From an uncultured Gemmatimonadales bacterium (GTDB taxonomy: Bacteria > Gemmatimonadota > Gemmatimonadetes > Gemmatimonadales > GWC2-71-9), in the NCBI GenBank assembly GCA_963828735.1, contig CAWHFW010000002.1:992881-1056880 (forward strand): a stretch of DNA of 64,000 nucleotides, read 5' to 3'. The notes below the pieces were generated by a model. It searched no databases. It was not told the DNA's origin and saw nothing but the letters and a program-made list of their open reading frames with translations. How positions within the stretch are numbered: the first letter of the stretch is position 1; the number at the start of each line of letters is the position of its first letter. This document shows, piece by piece, positions 30,682 to 40,791 of the stretch. A program made the position numbers and the translations under genes.

Positions 30682-31109
30682 TGAATGCAGCCAGAGTGAT
30701 GAGGGGCGAGCTCGAGTCTGCCCGTGGGAACGCAGGACTCGTGCAGGTCGCTTCTAAACCGACAATCACAAGCGATGTATGGTCTTAGCGGGGATGCCCA
30801 TGGCGGGCCAGCGCCCGGACCCGCTGACATCGCGCAACACTTTGCGGGACTGCGCGCCACGCTCGCTCAAGCGTAACAGGTTGTGGCACAGAAACGCGAT
30901 CCGATGTGGGCCCGCAACACCGGCCCTGCGGCCGATGGCGGGGGCCTAGGCGAATACTGTAGCCCCTAACGCCCTGTTCGGAAAGGGGTTAGTGTTACAA
31001 GACGTCTTGCGCTATTCGGTCCGGGTACCGCCGAAATTTGCGGCGTCATCCTTGAACACAACTGTGGCAGTCCCCTGCGGCCATTCCAGCTCTCACGCGG
31101 ACGTGGTGT

Positions 31110-31316
31110 ATGACTCAGCAGCCTCTGCCCGATCCGGCTTCACTCGCGGGCGACGGCGCCACAGATGATTCGCCGGCCCCCGCGGCTGGCCCGCTCCCTC
31201 CGGAGCCGACGGTGGAACGTTCCCGATTCAGCCAGTGGCTGGCGAGTTTCGGGCTGGGCGAGTTTCAGAATCCATTGCTTACGCGTCGGCCGCCAGCGCC
31301 ACGGCCACGCAGTTAG
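31110..31316 (+). CDS. Possible small hypothetical protein (68 aa)
   Basis: ATG ORF downstream of a weak sigma54-like site (CGGCGT-N5-TTGA, 31041-31055). Confidence 0.35.
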   Translation: MTQQPLPDPASLAGDGATDDSPAPAAGPLPPEPTVERSRFSQWLASFGLGEFQNPLLTRRPPAPRPRS

Positions 31317-31508
31317 TGAGCGGTGAATCGTGAGAGGCATCACAGGAGTGGGGTGCTGTTAGCGTTAAGCTAGCGACTGGCCGCTCTCGACCGTTCTTCA
31401 CTCAAGCCCGAGCGATATCGCACGAATGGGACCACCACCACCTCAGGAGTTCGCCGCCGTCACCTGTCGAGGCCGTTCGGGTCACGACGGGCCTGGTCGC
31501 GCGCCTAC

Positions 31509-32174
31509 GTGCGTGCAGTGACGCACGTCGGGACTCATGAGTGGCTGCATCGCGCGTTGAATTTCACGCTCGCGCTGCTGGCGCTGCTGGCGCTGCTGCC
31601 GGTGTTCCTCATGCTGGCTGTGATCATCAAGCTCACCTCCCGCGGCCCCGTGTTCTACCTCCAGGAGCGCGTCGGGCTTGACCGTCGCGGCCCCCGGCCC
31701 GCCGCGCGCAATCACCGCCGCTCCCAGGACCTCGGGGGCCGGCCGTTCACGATCTACAAGTTCCGCACGATGCACGTCGACGCCGAGCGCCACAGCGGCG
31801 CCGTCTGGGCCGCCGAGGCCGATCCCCGGGTCACCCTGGCGGGCCGGGTGCTGCGCCAGTACCGGCTCGACGAGCTGCCCCAGCTGCTCAACGTGCTCCG
31901 GGGCGAGATGAACATCGTGGGCCCCCGCCCCGAGCGGCCCACCATCTTCGCCGAGCTGCGCAGCCACATCGCCGAGTACCCGCTGCGCCAGCGGGCCAAG
32001 CCGGGCATCACGGGGCTGGCCCAGATCAACCACCACTACGACCGCTCGCTGGACGACGTGCGGACCAAGGTGACCTACGACCTGGAGTACATCCGCCGCC
32101 AGAGCCTGCGCGAGGACCTGCGCATCATGCTCAAGACCATCCCCGTCATCCTCCTCCGCCGCGGCGGGTGGTAA
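31509..32174 (+). CDS. Priming polyprenyl-phosphate sugar transferase (Bac_transf / WcaJ C-terminal type)
   Basis: GPVFY.QERVG, KFRTM, DPRVT, LDELPQL.NVL.GEM..VGPRPE, KPGITGLAQ, DLEY. Confidence 0.93.
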   Translation: MRAVTHVGTHEWLHRALNFTLALLALLALLPVFLMLAVIIKLTSRGPVFYLQERVGLDRRGPRPAARNHRRSQDLGGRPFTIYKFRTMHVDAERHSGAVWAAEADPRVTLAGRVLRQYRLDELPQLLNVLRGEMNIVGPRPERPTIFAELRSHIAEYPLRQRAKPGITGLAQINHHYDRSLDDVRTKVTYDLEYIRRQSLREDLRIMLKTIPVILLRRGGW

Positions 32175-32405
32175 GCGGTCGTCCGAAGCCATCCGACCCG
32201 CCTTGTTGCGTCTGAGCATCACCACCGCAAAATTCGCGATCCGTCGCTCCGCAGATCAACCGGCTTGCCTCCGGTCAAGTTCTTAGGTAGCAATGTGTTC
32301 GGGATCCATCGCGGGATTGCCCCGCGCGGAACGGGCATTGCTGGAAGCCCGGCGGGCGCCCGCCTATGTTCCGAAGTCGATGCGCACCTGTCGAAACGAG
32401 CGATC

Positions 32406-33344
32406 ATGCCCGAGCTGTCGGTGGTGGCACCACTCTACAACGAGTCGCAGAACGTGCAGCCGTTGGTCGACTGGATCCTCGAGGCGCTGGCCAGCTACCC
32501 CGCCAGCTTCGAGGTCCTGCTGGTCGACGACGGCAGTCGCGACGACACGTGGGAGCGGATCGCGAGCGCGGCCGCCGCCCACCCGCAGATCCACGGCCTG
32601 CGCCTCGGCCGCAACGTTGGCCAGACGGCCGCCATGATGGCCGGCTTCGATCACGCACAAGGCCGGGTGGTGGTGAGCCTCGACGGGGATCTCCAGAACG
32701 ACCCGCGCGACATTCCGATGCTCGTGGGCAAGCTCGACGAGGGATACGATCTCGTGTGCGGCTGGCGGCAGCGGCGTCAGGACACGCTGATCCTGCGGAA
32801 AGTGCCGTCATGGGTGGCCAATCGGATCATCCGCCGCCTCACGGGCGTGCAGATCACAGACAACGGCTGCTCTCTCAAGGCCTATCGCCGCGACCTTCTC
32901 GACCGTATCTCGCTATATGCCGAGCAGCACCGCTTCATCCCGGCCCTCTCGGCCAGCGTAGGCGCCCGGATCACCGAGCTGCCCGTCCGCCATCATGCCC
33001 GGCGCTTCGGCGAGAGCAAGTATGGTATCAGCAGGACGGTGAAGGTCCTGGTCGACCTCATCACGCTCAAGATGATCACGACGTTCCGCTCTCGTCCGCT
33101 GGTGGGATTCGTGGCCGTGTCGGCGCCGATGGTCATGGCGGGACTGGTGTTCGCCCTGCTCTGGGCCTATGCGGCCACCCACTTCGCCCCGTTCAAGGCC
33201 GACGCGGTGGTCTTCCCGGGTGCCGCGCTCCTGTGGCTCGGCGCCGCGTTCTATCTCGCCATGCTTGGGCTGGTCGCCGAGGTGGCGCTCAGCAGCGAGC
33301 GCGAAAGCGCTCGCGAGGTCCCGACCGCATGGGAGGTTCGTTGA
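32406..33344 (+). CDS. GT2 polyprenyl-phosphate glycosyltransferase (ArnC/DPM1-like)
   Basis: PLYNE, VDDGS.D, DGDLQNDP, R.FGESKY, two C-terminal TMs. Confidence 0.92.
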   Translation: MPELSVVAPLYNESQNVQPLVDWILEALASYPASFEVLLVDDGSRDDTWERIASAAAAHPQIHGLRLGRNVGQTAAMMAGFDHAQGRVVVSLDGDLQNDPRDIPMLVGKLDEGYDLVCGWRQRRQDTLILRKVPSWVANRIIRRLTGVQITDNGCSLKAYRRDLLDRISLYAEQHRFIPALSASVGARITELPVRHHARRFGESKYGISRTVKVLVDLITLKMITTFRSRPLVGFVAVSAPMVMAGLVFALLWAYAATHFAPFKADAVVFPGAALLWLGAAFYLAMLGLVAEVALSSERESAREVPTAWEVR

Positions 33345-33346
33345 TC

Positions 33347-34336
33347 ATGTCCCCCGAGGGCACCCTCATGGAGCCGATCGTCGAGCGTTCGCAAGCGTCC
33401 GGGCCCGCCGATATCCGGCTGGTCTCCGTGGTCGTCCCCGTGGTCGAGCGGGCCGACGACCTTCTGACGCTCTACCGTGCGTTCGCGGCCGAGCTCGATC
33501 GCCGGGGCGAGGAGCACGAGTTCCTCTTCATCTTCGACGGCGGGTTCACGGCGCCCCCCGAGCTGGTCGCGCTGAGCCGCGAGCGGGAATCCGTTCGGCT
33601 GCTCTCCTTCGCCCGAACCTTCGGCGAGACCGCCGCGCTCCGTCTCGGCATCGAGCGGAGTCGCGGCGAGGTGATCATGACTCTCCCCGCCTACTTTCAG
33701 GTTCAGGCCGAAGGCGTGGGTCCGCTTCTCGATGCGCTTCAGAATGGCGCCGACATGGTGGTGGCCAACCGCTCTCCCCGAGTAGACAGCTGGCTCAACC
33801 GGTTTCAATCACGGGCGTTTCACAGCCTGGTCGGCGGGGCAAGCGGCCACCGGTTCCACGACATGGCGTGCGGCGTCCGGCTCATCCGCCGCCCTGTCGC
33901 CGAAGCCGTGCCGCTGTATGGTGACCTCCATCGGTTCCTGCCGGCCCTCGCCCTGCGCGAGGGGTATCGGGTGGAGGAGGTGGCGGTTCCTCAGCACCCG
34001 AACGACGCCCGCACCAGGGTCTACGGTCCCGGGGTCTACCTCCGGCGACTGCTCGACATCGCCGCCTTCTTCTTCCTCGCCAAGTTCACGGAGAAGCCGC
34101 TGCGCTTCTTCGGCCTGGTGGGTTCGGTGTTCTTCGGGCTTGGCGCGGTGGCAAGCCTGGTGCTGCTGGTGGAGCGTATCGCCGGCCAGGGCATCGCGAA
34201 TCGCCCCCTCCTGCTCCTGGCAGTGTTGCTGGTCGCCCTGGGGGTGCAGCTCATGGGTCTCGGCCTGGTGGGAGAGATCATCGTGCACCTCCGGTCGCCG
34301 CACCGTCGGGCGTATCGGGTGCGCGAACGAGTCTGA
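33347..34336 (+). CDS. Second ArnC-like GT2 protein with degenerate catalytic motifs
   Basis: Same architecture, but FDGG replaces DDGS and TLPAYFQ replaces LDxDLQ; PLYGDLHRFLP, KPLRFFG. Confidence 0.82.
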   Translation: MSPEGTLMEPIVERSQASGPADIRLVSVVVPVVERADDLLTLYRAFAAELDRRGEEHEFLFIFDGGFTAPPELVALSRERESVRLLSFARTFGETAALRLGIERSRGEVIMTLPAYFQVQAEGVGPLLDALQNGADMVVANRSPRVDSWLNRFQSRAFHSLVGGASGHRFHDMACGVRLIRRPVAEAVPLYGDLHRFLPALALREGYRVEEVAVPQHPNDARTRVYGPGVYLRRLLDIAAFFFLAKFTEKPLRFFGLVGSVFFGLGAVASLVLLVERIAGQGIANRPLLLLAVLLVALGVQLMGLGLVGEIIVHLRSPHRRAYRVRERV

Positions 34337-34409
34337 CGCCGAGGGAGGACGCGACCTCCGCCGGCGCACCGCGTCCGCGTGACGCCTCGGTCTGGATCGG
34401 CACGACCAC

Positions 34410-35954
34410 ATGCAACGCGACCTGACTCGGCTGACAGCGGCGACCTACGATGTCGTCGTAGTGGGCGGCGGGATCCACGGTGCCTGCATCGCGTGGGACG
34501 CGACCCTCCGTGGCCTGCGGGTCGCGTTGGTGGAGCGTGACGACTTCGGTGCCGCGACCTCCGCCAACAGCCTTCGGATCGTGCACGGCGGTCTCCGGTC
34601 GCTCGCCCGCGGCGATCTCCGCCGCATGCGCGAATCCGTTCGCGAACGCTCGACGCTTCTTCGCATCGCCCCCGCTCTCGTCGAGCCACTGCCAGTCGTG
34701 GTGCCGACCGGGGGCGCGGGCTCCCAGAGCCGTGCCGCCCTCGGCATGGCCCTCCGACTCAACGACCTGCTTTCCTCACGCCGCAATCGCGGCCTCGCTC
34801 CCGACCACCGGCTCCCACGCGGCCGGCTTCTGCCACTCGACGAGTGCCGCCGGGTGTTCTCGGGCTTTCCGCAGAACGCGAGCGGGGGGGCGCGCTGGTG
34901 GGATGCGCGTCTCCGGAATCCGGCGCGGCTGACGTTCGCCTTCGTTCGCGCCGCGGCCGAGGGCGGCGCCGCCGTCGCCAATTACTGCCGCGCCGACGAG
35001 ATCGTGACCGAGAACGGCTCCGTCGTCGGCATCAGAGCAACCGATCTCACGACCGGCGGCCGGGTGGAGATTCGGGCCCGGCGCGTGGTCGTAGCGGCCG
35101 GTCCGTGGACCCCGGGGCTGAGCGGCGACGCGCCGGGGTCCCATGCCCAGGCCTTCGCTCTCAATGTCGAGGTCCGCGGGCGTCTCGCCGAGGCGGCGGT
35201 CGGGGTCCGCTCGCACACGGGGCGGGAGGCGGACCCGATCATCGGCGGGCGCCGCTTCATCTTCCTGGTACCGCAGGCCGCGACTACGCTGCTGGGCACC
35301 TGGTACGCGGCCTGGTCCGGGGGCGATCTCGGAGCACTCGCCCAGCGTGGCACGGAAACGCTCCTCGAGGAGTTCCGGATGGCGTGCCCAGGCCTCCGCC
35401 TCGCGGAGACTGATCTGGTAGCCTGCCATTGGGGCCTGTTGCCCCTCAAGGGGGGGCGGGAGGCCGGCCGTTCCGACGCTTTGGCGGAGCGGGCATATGT
35501 TAGAGATTCATGTGTCAGGGATTACGGAGCGGCCGGCGGACACCGAGGTATGTTGTCGGTCGAAGGGGTCAAGTTCACCACTGCGAGGGGAGTAGCCGAG
35601 AGCGTCGTCGATGGCGTGATGGCCAGCCTTGGACTCGGACGGATCCCCAGCCGGTCGGCGAAGATCAGGATCGATCGCCCAGAGGATGCCGTCGACGGCC
35701 CGCTCGGTACTCGGATTCAGAAGGCCATTCGAGAGGAGATGGCGGTACGGCTTTCAGACGTAGTTCTTCGACGGACTGTTTCGAGCTCCGAGTTCCGGCC
35801 TACCCGGGAAACGGTCGCCGCCGCCGCGCGGATCGCCGCAGCCGACCTCGGGTGGAGCCCGGCGCGGGAGAAAGCCGAGATCGCCGACGTCATCCGGTGC
35901 CTCCAACCGATCTGCTCGACGGTGGGGCCCGCGACAGGGGGGCCCGCAGGGTGA
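34410..35954 (+). CDS. FAD-dependent oxidoreductase, glycerol-3-phosphate dehydrogenase (GlpD)-like
   Basis: GGGIHG, VERDDFGAATS, HGGLR, AAGPW, KFTTAR, EEMA..L.D..LRR. Confidence 0.85.
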   Translation: MQRDLTRLTAATYDVVVVGGGIHGACIAWDATLRGLRVALVERDDFGAATSANSLRIVHGGLRSLARGDLRRMRESVRERSTLLRIAPALVEPLPVVVPTGGAGSQSRAALGMALRLNDLLSSRRNRGLAPDHRLPRGRLLPLDECRRVFSGFPQNASGGARWWDARLRNPARLTFAFVRAAAEGGAAVANYCRADEIVTENGSVVGIRATDLTTGGRVEIRARRVVVAAGPWTPGLSGDAPGSHAQAFALNVEVRGRLAEAAVGVRSHTGREADPIIGGRRFIFLVPQAATTLLGTWYAAWSGGDLGALAQRGTETLLEEFRMACPGLRLAETDLVACHWGLLPLKGGREAGRSDALAERAYVRDSCVRDYGAAGGHRGMLSVEGVKFTTARGVAESVVDGVMASLGLGRIPSRSAKIRIDRPEDAVDGPLGTRIQKAIREEMAVRLSDVVLRRTVSSSEFRPTRETVAAAARIAAADLGWSPAREKAEIADVIRCLQPICSTVGPATGGPAG

Positions 35955-37132
35955 AGATCCTGGTCCTGGCCCCGCATCCTTTCTTTCAGGCCAGGGGCAC
36001 TCCGTTGGCTGTCCGGACGGTGCTGGAATTCCTCGGCGCTCGGGGTCACCAGGTCGACCTCCTCACGCTGCACGAAGGCGAGGACGTGGTCATCCCGAAC
36101 TGCCGGATTCACCGGATCCCGAAGCTCCCCGGGATTCGGAACGTCAGGGCGGGCTTCTCCTTCAAGAAGGTGGCCTGCGACCTCCTGATGATCGTGCAGT
36201 GTCTGCGCATGGTCCGGCGGACCAAGTACGATCTGATTCACGCGGTGGAGGAGTCCGCCTTCATCGCCGCCCTGGCCAGCGCGGTCTCGGGGACTCCATA
36301 CATTTACGACATGGATTCCTCGCTGGCCGAACAGCTGGTCGAAGCCTATCCGCGCATCCATTCGATGCTGCCCTTCCTGCGGTACTGCGAGTCCATCGCC
36401 GTCCGCCGGAGCATCGGAGTCCTCACGGTGTGTGCCGCGCTCGAGGACGTGGCGCTGGGCCACGCGCCGGGCAAGCCGGTCGGCCGGGTGGAGGACAGCA
36501 CGCTCCTTCCCCCCGCCGCGCGGGGTGCCTCGACCGATGGCCTGTTGCCCGAGCCCCTCCGCCGGGCGGGACCGCTCGCGATGTACGTCGGCAATCTCGA
36601 GCGGTACCAGGGCATCGACCTGCTGCTACAGGGGTTCCGAGTGACCTTGCGGCGGCTGCCGAGCGCCAGCCTGGTCATCGTGGGAGGACGCGAGGAGGAC
36701 ATCCAGCGCTACCGCGAGATGGCGGCAGCCCTTGGCATCGAGTCGCGGGTGCATTTCCTTGGACCGCGACCCGTGCAGGCGCTCTCGACCCTGTTGCGGC
36801 AGGCTGACGTGCTGGTATCTCCCCGGCTCAAGGGGCTGAACACGCCGATGAAGATCTATTCGTATCTGGACTCGGGTACCGCCGTGCTGGCGACCCGGCT
36901 CCGGACTCACACCCAGGTCCTGGATGACCAGACCGCCTACCTCGTCGATCCGGACCCCGAGGCACTGGGTACCGGTCTGGCGACGCTCCTGAGCGACGGA
37001 CCGTTGCGCGAGCGCCTTGGCTCCCGCGCCAGGGCGTACGTTCAGGAGGAGTTCACGCCTGAGGCGGCGCACCGCAAGCTGGCCTCGTTCTACGACGCCA
37101 TGGAAGCGAAGGTCGCCGGGGCCCTCGTGTGA
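35951..37132 (+). CDS. GT4 glycosyltransferase
   Basis: APHPFFQARGTP, YVGNLE.YQGIDLL, NTPMKIYSY. Confidence 0.88.
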   Translation: MKILVLAPHPFFQARGTPLAVRTVLEFLGARGHQVDLLTLHEGEDVVIPNCRIHRIPKLPGIRNVRAGFSFKKVACDLLMIVQCLRMVRRTKYDLIHAVEESAFIAALASAVSGTPYIYDMDSSLAEQLVEAYPRIHSMLPFLRYCESIAVRRSIGVLTVCAALEDVALGHAPGKPVGRVEDSTLLPPAARGASTDGLLPEPLRRAGPLAMYVGNLERYQGIDLLLQGFRVTLRRLPSASLVIVGGREEDIQRYREMAAALGIESRVHFLGPRPVQALSTLLRQADVLVSPRLKGLNTPMKIYSYLDSGTAVLATRLRTHTQVLDDQTAYLVDPDPEALGTGLATLLSDGPLRERLGSRARAYVQEEFTPEAAHRKLASFYDAMEAKVAGALV

Positions 37133-38349
37133 GGGATCTCTGGCAGTCGCCCACGCTGCGCAGCATGGTGGTCTATGCGCTGTCGGGGCTGGGATTCGCA
37201 GGCTCCAACCTCATCCTGGCACGGGTTCTTCCCACCGAGCAATACGCGCTGTTCACGCTCGTCATCGCCCTGGGCAATCTGGGGTACGCCCTCGCGCCCG
37301 CAGGACTCGACGGTGTCGTCAACCGGCACCGCCTGGAGGCGGGTCCGAGTCTGCTGATGCAGGCCGCACGTCCAGCACTCCTCGTTGGGCTGGCCTTTGC
37401 CATCATCGGCATGGTGAGCTACGGCATGTCAGCCAGCCTCGCGGCCATGCTCTTCATCTCTGCCGCGACGGGCGGGCTGATGGTCGTCGCGGCGGCCCGT
37501 TTCCAGAGCGAGCAGCGCTTCGCCCAGTCGCTCGCGCTCGGCCAGAGCCCGAACATCGTGCTCCTGGTGGCGGCGGTGGTCGCGATGGCCGTGCACGCGT
37601 CCGGGGCGTGGCTTCCGGTTCTCATTTCGACGATCGGTTTCGTCGTCGCCGCCGCGATCGGCTGGACGGTGCTGCTGCGCGAGCGAACGGGTCGCGCGGG
37701 CGACGTGGTGCGGTTCTCATGGAGGGAGGCCCTCGCATTCGCCGGAATGAGCGCGTCTGGGCTGGTGCTCATTCAGCTCGAGCGGCTGGTGATCCCGCAC
37801 GTGCTCCCTCTCGCGGACCTCGCGCTCTACGGCGTGCTTGGCGCGATCGCCGGGTCCATCTACCGCGTCATGCAGATGGGCGTTGGCTTCAGCCTCCTCC
37901 CGCGACTCCGGGCGGCAGGAACGGTGGTGGAGCGCCGCCAGCTGGTCGCGCACGAGGCGAAGCTGGTCGGCGCCATGACCATCGTGGGCTCTCTGGCAAT
38001 CTGGTTCTGCACCCCGTTCATCGAGCGATGGCTGCTGGCCGGCAAGTACCACCTGCCGGGTTCGCTGCTCCTGGCCGCAATCGTGAGCGGCATCGCCAAG
38101 ATCGCGAACGCCTTCTCCAAAGCCACCGCGTCCGCGCTCGCCGAGTCGCGGGAGCTCTCGCTTGTGAACCTGTCGGGCTGGGTGTCGGTCGCCCTGGCCG
38201 TCGGCGGGGCCTACGTAGGCGCGCGCTGGGGACTGGCCGGGGTCATCTACGCCGTGGCGGTGGGGTGGTTCTTGCGCGCGGCTGTCGCGATGGTCCTCGT
38301 GGCGAGGCATCTCCGCCTTCCGGTCTCCATCCCGGCCGTGGCGCCCTGA
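37129..38349 (+). CDS. Wzx/MATE-like oligosaccharide flippase
   Basis: About 12 TM segments, LARVL....Y..F, ERLVI. Confidence 0.7.
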   Translation: MRDLWQSPTLRSMVVYALSGLGFAGSNLILARVLPTEQYALFTLVIALGNLGYALAPAGLDGVVNRHRLEAGPSLLMQAARPALLVGLAFAIIGMVSYGMSASLAAMLFISAATGGLMVVAAARFQSEQRFAQSLALGQSPNIVLLVAAVVAMAVHASGAWLPVLISTIGFVVAAAIGWTVLLRERTGRAGDVVRFSWREALAFAGMSASGLVLIQLERLVIPHVLPLADLALYGVLGAIAGSIYRVMQMGVGFSLLPRLRAAGTVVERRQLVAHEAKLVGAMTIVGSLAIWFCTPFIERWLLAGKYHLPGSLLLAAIVSGIAKIANAFSKATASALAESRELSLVNLSGWVSVALAVGGAYVGARWGLAGVIYAVAVGWFLRAAVAMVLVARHLRLPVSIPAVAP

Positions 38350-38367
38350 TCGCATGCGGGCCCGGCG

Positions 38368-39159
38368 ATGACCACCGCCGAAACGGAATGGGCGGTGGCC
38401 CTGTTCCGAAAATCGGTGCTCAAGCAGGCCAAGCTCCGCCGCATCCTCGATCTCCTCGACGATCCCTCCGGCAAGGCCAATCTGGACATCGGCGCCGACA
38501 ACGGCGTCATCAGCTTCCTGCTGCGGCAACGTGGAGGCCGTTGGGCCAGCGCCGACCTCGACGAACGAGCGGTCGCGTCGATCCGGCAGCTGGTGGGCAC
38601 CGAGGTGTACCAGCTCGACGGTGCCCGCACGCCGTTCCCGGACCGCAGCTTCGACCAGATCGTGATCGTGGACTACCTCGAGCACATCCCCGACGACCGC
38701 GCGTTCAGCCTCGAGCTGGAACGCATTCTGCGCCCCGGCGGGACTTTGATCGTCAACGTGCCGCACCTGCAGCCGGGGTCGCCGCTCAACCGGTTTCGCC
38801 ATCGCATCGGGCTCACGGACGAATGGCACGGACATCTGCGCCCGGGCTATACGCTGACGAGCCTCCGGGAGACCCTGGGGCCAAGATTCCGGATCGACCG
38901 CGCCGTGACCTACTCACGGTTCGGCTCGGAGCTCGTCGACACGGCGCTCAACGGGGTGTTCGAGGCGATGCGAAAGCGGAAAGCCGCAAACGGTTCGAGC
39001 AAGGGCACGGTGGTCACGCGGAGCGACGTCGGCCAGTACCGCAAGCAGTTCCGCATGCTGTCCGCGCTCTACCCGGTGCTCCGCGCTGCCGCGGCGGCCG
39101 ACGTGCTCCTCCCGTGGCAGCCGGGTCACAAGCTTATCGTTCGGGCCACCCTGACGTGA
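38368..39159 (+). CDS. Class I SAM-dependent methyltransferase
   Basis: LDIGADNG, PFPDRSFD, LEHIPDD, RILRPGG, GHLRPGY. Confidence 0.88.
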   Translation: MTTAETEWAVALFRKSVLKQAKLRRILDLLDDPSGKANLDIGADNGVISFLLRQRGGRWASADLDERAVASIRQLVGTEVYQLDGARTPFPDRSFDQIVIVDYLEHIPDDRAFSLELERILRPGGTLIVNVPHLQPGSPLNRFRHRIGLTDEWHGHLRPGYTLTSLRETLGPRFRIDRAVTYSRFGSELVDTALNGVFEAMRKRKAANGSSKGTVVTRSDVGQYRKQFRMLSALYPVLRAAAAADVLLPWQPGHKLIVRATLT

Positions 39160-39273
39160 GCGCTGGGCCGACGGAGCCCCGGGTGACATCCGTCACAACC
39201 CCTTACACCGGCCCGCTGCATTGTTCAATGATGGTGTCCACAGTATCCCAATACGTCCCTCGTCGTGTCCGGC

Positions 39274-40791
39274 ATGGCCACGATGACTGAGCCCGGTACG
39301 CCGCCGGACCGATCGGGGCTGCGCTGGTGGTCGAGGGTGCCCGGCGGAATGTTCGGACGCAGCGTCGTGACGCTGGCCTCAGGCACGGCGATGGCGCAGC
39401 TGCTGCTGGCCATCGCGATGCCCGTGCTCACCCGGCTCTACACCCCTACCGATTACGGCAGCCTCGCGGTCTACGCGTCCACCCTCACCGTGCTCCTGGT
39501 GATCGCGTCCCTGCGATACGAGGTGGCGATTCCCTTGCCCGAGGACGAATCGACCGCCGCATCGCTGCTGGTGCTGACGTTCGCGTTGTTGACCGGCATG
39601 ACCACGATACTCTCCCTGGTGATCTGGCTCGGAGGCGATGCGTTCGTGACCACCCTCAAGGTCCCTGCCCTGCGGCCGTACCTCTGGCTGATGCCGGTCG
39701 GCTTCTTCGGCGCGGGGACGTACCAGGCCTTGTCCTACTGGGCGATCCGACGGAGCGCGTTCACCCGGATCGCGCGCACCAAACTCAGCCAGGGCGTCGG
39801 CCAGGTCGTGACGCAGGTTGCACTGGGCATCGCGCGCGCCGGGGCGCCGGGCCTCTTGATCGGCGACGTCATCGGCCGCGTAGCGGGTGGCGGAGGGCTG
39901 GCGCTTCTCGCCATGCGCGACCATCCCGCGAGGCTCGTGAGCCGCGCGAGCCTCATCGCGGCCGCCCGGCGCTATCAGCGGTTTCCGCTGCTGACGACCT
40001 GGTCGGGTCTGCTCAACATCGGGAGTCTCCAGCTTCCGTCCCTCATGTTCGCCGCCAGCTTCGGCGCCGCGGCGGCGGGGTTGTACGCGCTGAGCTACAA
40101 GATGCTGGTCCTGCCGACCATGCTGGTCGGTCAGGCGGTGGGACAGGTATTTCTCTCGAGGGCCGCCACCGTCGCGCGGGAGCCCGAGCGGCTCCGCCGC
40201 CTCACGGAGCGGACGGCGCTGGTCCTCTTCGCGTGCGGACTTCCGATCTTCGCGGCGATCGCGCTCGGCGGGCCGCGGCTTTTCGCGATCGTGATGGGCA
40301 GCCGATGGGAGGAGGCGGGGCGGTACGCCCAAGTGCTGGCGCCGTGGTTCGTCGTATGGATCGTGAGCAGTCCGTTGAGCGGGCTGCTCAACGTGCGTGA
40401 GTGGCAGGGATCCGCCCTCGCCTTCAGCACGTTCGAGTTCGCACTTCGCCTCGGCTCGCTCGTCATCGGGGCCCGCCGAGGCTCGCCGCTGCTCGCGGTC
40501 GCGCTGCTCTCCGCCAGCGGGGTGATCATCTCGACCACGTCGATCGCGCGGTTCCTGCATGCCGGACACAGCTCCGTCAGCCGCCTGGCCGGGCCTGCCG
40601 CCCGTCTGCTCGCGCTGGCCGGTCTCTTCCTGCTGCCCGCGGCCGCCGCGCTCTACTCGGGGCACGAGCGGCTCGCGCTTCTGGCGGCGGCGATGGCCAT
40701 TGCCGGGTACTACGTCGTGGTGCTGCGCTCGGATGCCGCGTCCCGGATTCTTCACCTGCGCATGGATCCGAGCGCGGCGGGACCGGCATGA
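39274..40791 (+). CDS. Wzx-type polysaccharide flippase
   Basis: GTAMAQ..PVLTRLYTP.DYG, LRYEVAIPLP, RYQRFP; start uncertain (39265/39274/39283). Confidence 0.85.
   Translation: MATMTEPGTPPDRSGLRWWSRVPGGMFGRSVVTLASGTAMAQLLLAIAMPVLTRLYTPTDYGSLAVYASTLTVLLVIASLRYEVAIPLPEDESTAASLLVLTFALLTGMTTILSLVIWLGGDAFVTTLKVPALRPYLWLMPVGFFGAGTYQALSYWAIRRSAFTRIARTKLSQGVGQVVTQVALGIARAGAPGLLIGDVIGRVAGGGGLALLAMRDHPARLVSRASLIAAARRYQRFPLLTTWSGLLNIGSLQLPSLMFAASFGAAAAGLYALSYKMLVLPTMLVGQAVGQVFLSRAATVAREPERLRRLTERTALVLFACGLPIFAAIALGGPRLFAIVMGSRWEEAGRYAQVLAPWFVVWIVSSPLSGLLNVREWQGSALAFSTFEFALRLGSLVIGARRGSPLLAVALLSASGVIISTTSIARFLHAGHSSVSRLAGPAARLLALAGLFLLPAAAALYSGHERLALLAAAMAIAGYYVVVLRSDAASRILHLRMDPSAAGPA

Noticed and set aside
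30885..30900. TGGCACAGAAACGC as a sigma54 promoter
   Set aside because: GG-to-GC spacing is one base short of the required 10 nt
32366..33346. Long N-terminal extensions of track ORFs (32366, 35510, 40401, 44344, 46485, 58010)
   Set aside because: Off-frame read-through over neighbouring genes; starts moved to positions supported by motif or overlap
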